DNA from: Candidatus Nomurabacteria bacterium
GTDB taxonomy: Bacteria > Patescibacteriota > Minisyncoccia > Phycocordibacterales > SBAW01
DNA length: 50,413 nucleotides
NCBI GenBank assembly: GCA_943356415.1
Contig: CALREW010000003.1
Coordinates: 1-50,413, forward strand
Reading direction: 5' to 3'
The position numbers were made by a program, and so were the translations under genes. Every line of letters begins with the position of its first letter. The stretch's first letter is position 1. This document shows positions 48,394-50,413 of this stretch, piece by piece. The notes under the pieces were generated by a model. It was not told the DNA's origin. It searched no databases and saw only the letters and a program-made list of their open reading frames with translations.

Positions 48394-48447
48394 GCGGGAT
48401 TAGCCCGACATGCGTAGCAGTCGAGGTCCCGACCGCAGCGTCGGGAT
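48394..48447 (+). repeat. tRNA-Gly(TCC) 5' decamer followed by a REP-like hairpin element
   Basis: gcgggattag, then cccgac...tcccgac-cgcagc-gtcggga. Confidence 0.55.
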
Positions 48448-48457
48448 TCTCAGAAAA

Positions 48458-48546
48458 GCGGGATTAGTTCTCACCTGGGTAAACCCTAGGTTATGTTAGA
48501 ACATCTAGACAATGGGCCTAGAGTAATAACGAGGACACAGTCCGCA
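48458..48546 (+). pseudogene. tRNA-Gly(TCC)-derived tRNA-like copy with D-loop hairpin insert
   Basis: gcgggattagtt-[ctcacctgggtaaaccctaggtt]-atgttagaacatc, then stem tctag/ctaga and 3' strand agtccgca; no T arm. Confidence 0.6.
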
Positions 48547-48550
48547 AAAT

Positions 48551-48624
48551 GCGGGATTAGTTTAATGGTAGAACATCAGTTTTCCAAACTGAGAGCACCG
48601 GTCCGATTCCGGTATCCCGCACCA
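48551..48624 (+). tRNA. tRNA-Gly(TCC)
   Basis: Acceptor gcgggat/atcccgc plus ACCA; anticodon arm tcagt-ttTCCaa-actga; T-loop TCCGATT. Confidence 0.92.
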
Positions 48625-50146
48625 AAATCTGACTTTCAGAAAATTGACCGACTTTTTCATTGGCGGCGCACAGCGCCGCCCATGCGTTTTGTCCCGACAA
48701 ATCCTCTCCGCTCGGCGCGGTGAGCTGCGCCTCGCGGTTGGCCAAGACGAGGTTCGAGCCAAAGATTTCTTTGGCAGCAACCTTTTTGCTAAAAAGGTTG
48801 CTCTCCCGCGCGATTTTAGGCAGATTCTCTGCCTCTTTTATCCATTCTGTCATCGGTTCGAGCCAGCCAGTCCGCTTTTGTTCAATCCGCGCCGTTTGCT
48901 CTTCCAGCGACTTCTTTTCGGAAAGGAGTTTTGCTTTCTCGGTGCGGTAGATTTCTCGCTCAATATCTTGTTCTAAATAGCCATCGAGAAGTCGCTGGAG
49001 CTTAATTTGAATGGCGCGGATTCTCTCTCCGGATTCCTGAACAAAAGCGGTTGAGGATTGGGCGGCTTCGGTTTTCTCTTTTTCAAGCATAGCGGTTAGT
49101 TCCGCCGCCCAATCCGGTCTCAAAGAAAATTTTTGTAGTAGAGATGATAACTGGCGATCTAGTTCCTCTTGGCGAATACAAGGTTCGGGACATTTCAACT
49201 TTGATTTCTTGGTGCAGTGATAATAGACATATTCGTGAACATTTCCATTTTTCTGTTTCTTCACCTTGTATTCGCCAGTTATCATCATTCCGCATGAGGC
49301 ACAGGAAAGGAGTCCGCAAAAAGGTTGTGGTTCATTTTTTTGCTTGTGGTGCGGACGGCCTCGTTGCTTCAAAACTTCCTGCGCCTTGTCCCAAATTTTC
49401 TTTGAGACCACTGGCTGGTGCTTGCCCTCGTGGATTTCGCCACCATAGCGAAAGTGTCCGTAGTAGAAGGGATTGGAAAGGATAAAAGTAATTCTGTCTC
49501 GGTGGAGTCGCTTGCCGTTTTTTGAATGAATACCGGATTGCGCCAAAAAGTTTGAAATGTCCTCAAGGCGACTTCCATTTTTCGCGTACAGCTCAAACGC
49601 CTTGCGAATGAGTGAGGCGCGCTTCTTGTCCACGATAACAGTTTTCGTTCGCACATCATTGATATATCCGATAGGCGCAAGGCAGGGATATTCGCCGCGC
49701 CTCACTTTTTGGCGCAATCCACGCTTCGTATTTTCGGCAAGCGAATCCACATAGTATTTGCTTTGCCCAAAGGCGATATTGAGCATGAACTTTCCTTGTG
49801 AGGTATTTTCACACCAGAACTGCGGAAATTTCAGGTCCGCAAGTCCACCGCCGTCAAGCAGGTAGATAATCTTTCCACCGTCAACAGAATTGCGCGCCAA
49901 TCTGTCGGGGTGCCAAGCAAGGATAGCGTTTGCATCGCCTCGCTCTATGCGCGAAATCATTTTGTTGAAAATCGGGCGGCCGGTAATTTTGGCGGATTGC
50001 TTTTCAATAAATTCCTCGGCGATGTGCAAACCCTCTTGCCTGGCAAAGGCGCGCAATTCTGTGATCTGCGCTTCAATAGATAAAACCTGCTTGTCCTCCA
50101 CATCGGTGGACTTGCGGGCGTAGAGAAAATATTTGTAGTTGTTCAT
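48557..50146 (-). CDS. Large serine recombinase (resolvase, recombinase and Zn-ribbon domains)
   Basis: YARKS catalytic Ser, SIEAQ, SAK..GRP.F, DRLARN, NPFYYG, CASCG...YYHC...C, coiled coil; the last codons run antisense through tRNA-Gly; alternative start at 50152. Confidence 0.93.
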   Translation of the reverse strand: MNNYKYFLYARKSTDVEDKQVLSIEAQITELRAFARQEGLHIAEEFIEKQSAKITGRPIFNKMISRIERGDANAILAWHPDRLARNSVDGGKIIYLLDGGGLADLKFPQFWCENTSQGKFMLNIAFGQSKYYVDSLAENTKRGLRQKVRRGEYPCLAPIGYINDVRTKTVIVDKKRASLIRKAFELYAKNGSRLEDISNFLAQSGIHSKNGKRLHRDRITFILSNPFYYGHFRYGGEIHEGKHQPVVSKKIWDKAQEVLKQRGRPHHKQKNEPQPFCGLLSCASCGMMITGEYKVKKQKNGNVHEYVYYHCTKKSKLKCPEPCIRQEELDRQLSSLLQKFSLRPDWAAELTAMLEKEKTEAAQSSTAFVQESGERIRAIQIKLQRLLDGYLEQDIEREIYRTEKAKLLSEKKSLEEQTARIEQKRTGWLEPMTEWIKEAENLPKIARESNLFSKKVAAKEIFGSNLVLANREAQLTAPSGEDLSGQNAWAALCAANEKVGQFSESQILVRDTGIGPVLSVWKTDVLPLN

Positions 50147-50340
50147 GCTCATACAATTATTGGGCAAAGCAAATCCGAGACAGAATTAAAATCGCGCGGG
50201 AGGCGAACCTCGTCTTGGCCAACCGCGAGGCGCGGCTCACCGCGCCGAGCGGAGAGGATTTGTCGGGACAAAACGCATGGGCGGCGCTGTGCGCCGCCAA
50301 TGAAAAAGTCGGTCAATTTTCTGAAAGTCAGATTTTGGTG
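48620..50340. mobile_element. Recombinase cassette bounded by 137-bp inverted repeats at the tRNA-Gly 3' end
   Basis: 48620-48756 and 50204-50340 are reverse complements at 136 of 137 positions. Confidence 0.8.
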
Positions 50341-50413
50341 TGTCTTTACAGTTTGGCTCGAACTCATTTTATCAAAAACTGCTGAACGAAACCAGACCAA
50401 GGAAGCCAGCCCC

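Noticed and set aside
50149-50400. 83-aa ORF upstream of the recombinase
   Set aside because: It is the antisense reading of the inverted repeat (same peptide as the shadow ORF at 48644).

Overview
Chromosomal segment of a small-genome Patescibacteria (CPR, Parcubacteria-like) organism; the taxonomy is inferred from gene content and standard code 11 is used. The left part holds a VirB4/PrgI/VirB6-like secretion cluster and housekeeping genes (rsmA, pcrA, comM, dksA-like, pnp, rpsO, xerC/D-like, xth, cca). The middle part has four divergent pairs of an orphan LivK-like binding protein and a TrmB regulator, with no permease or ATPase genes. The right part has four tRNAs (Arg-TCG, Gly-GCC, Pro-TGG, Gly-TCC), parS-like sites in yraN and a large serine recombinase at tRNA-Gly(TCC). 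The most striking observation is that the 1.72-kb recombinase cassette (48620-50340) is bounded by 137-bp inverted repeats and its whole coding sequence is self-complementary, forming one nested, multi-branched fold. An alternative C-terminus lies beyond the far repeat. Both tRNA-Gly genes are preceded by copies of their own 5' half carrying a covarying hairpin in the D-loop. Other candidates are a leaderless-leader attenuator and an unexplained structured ncRNA. All calls come from reading the sequence by eye; no searches or folding programs were run.
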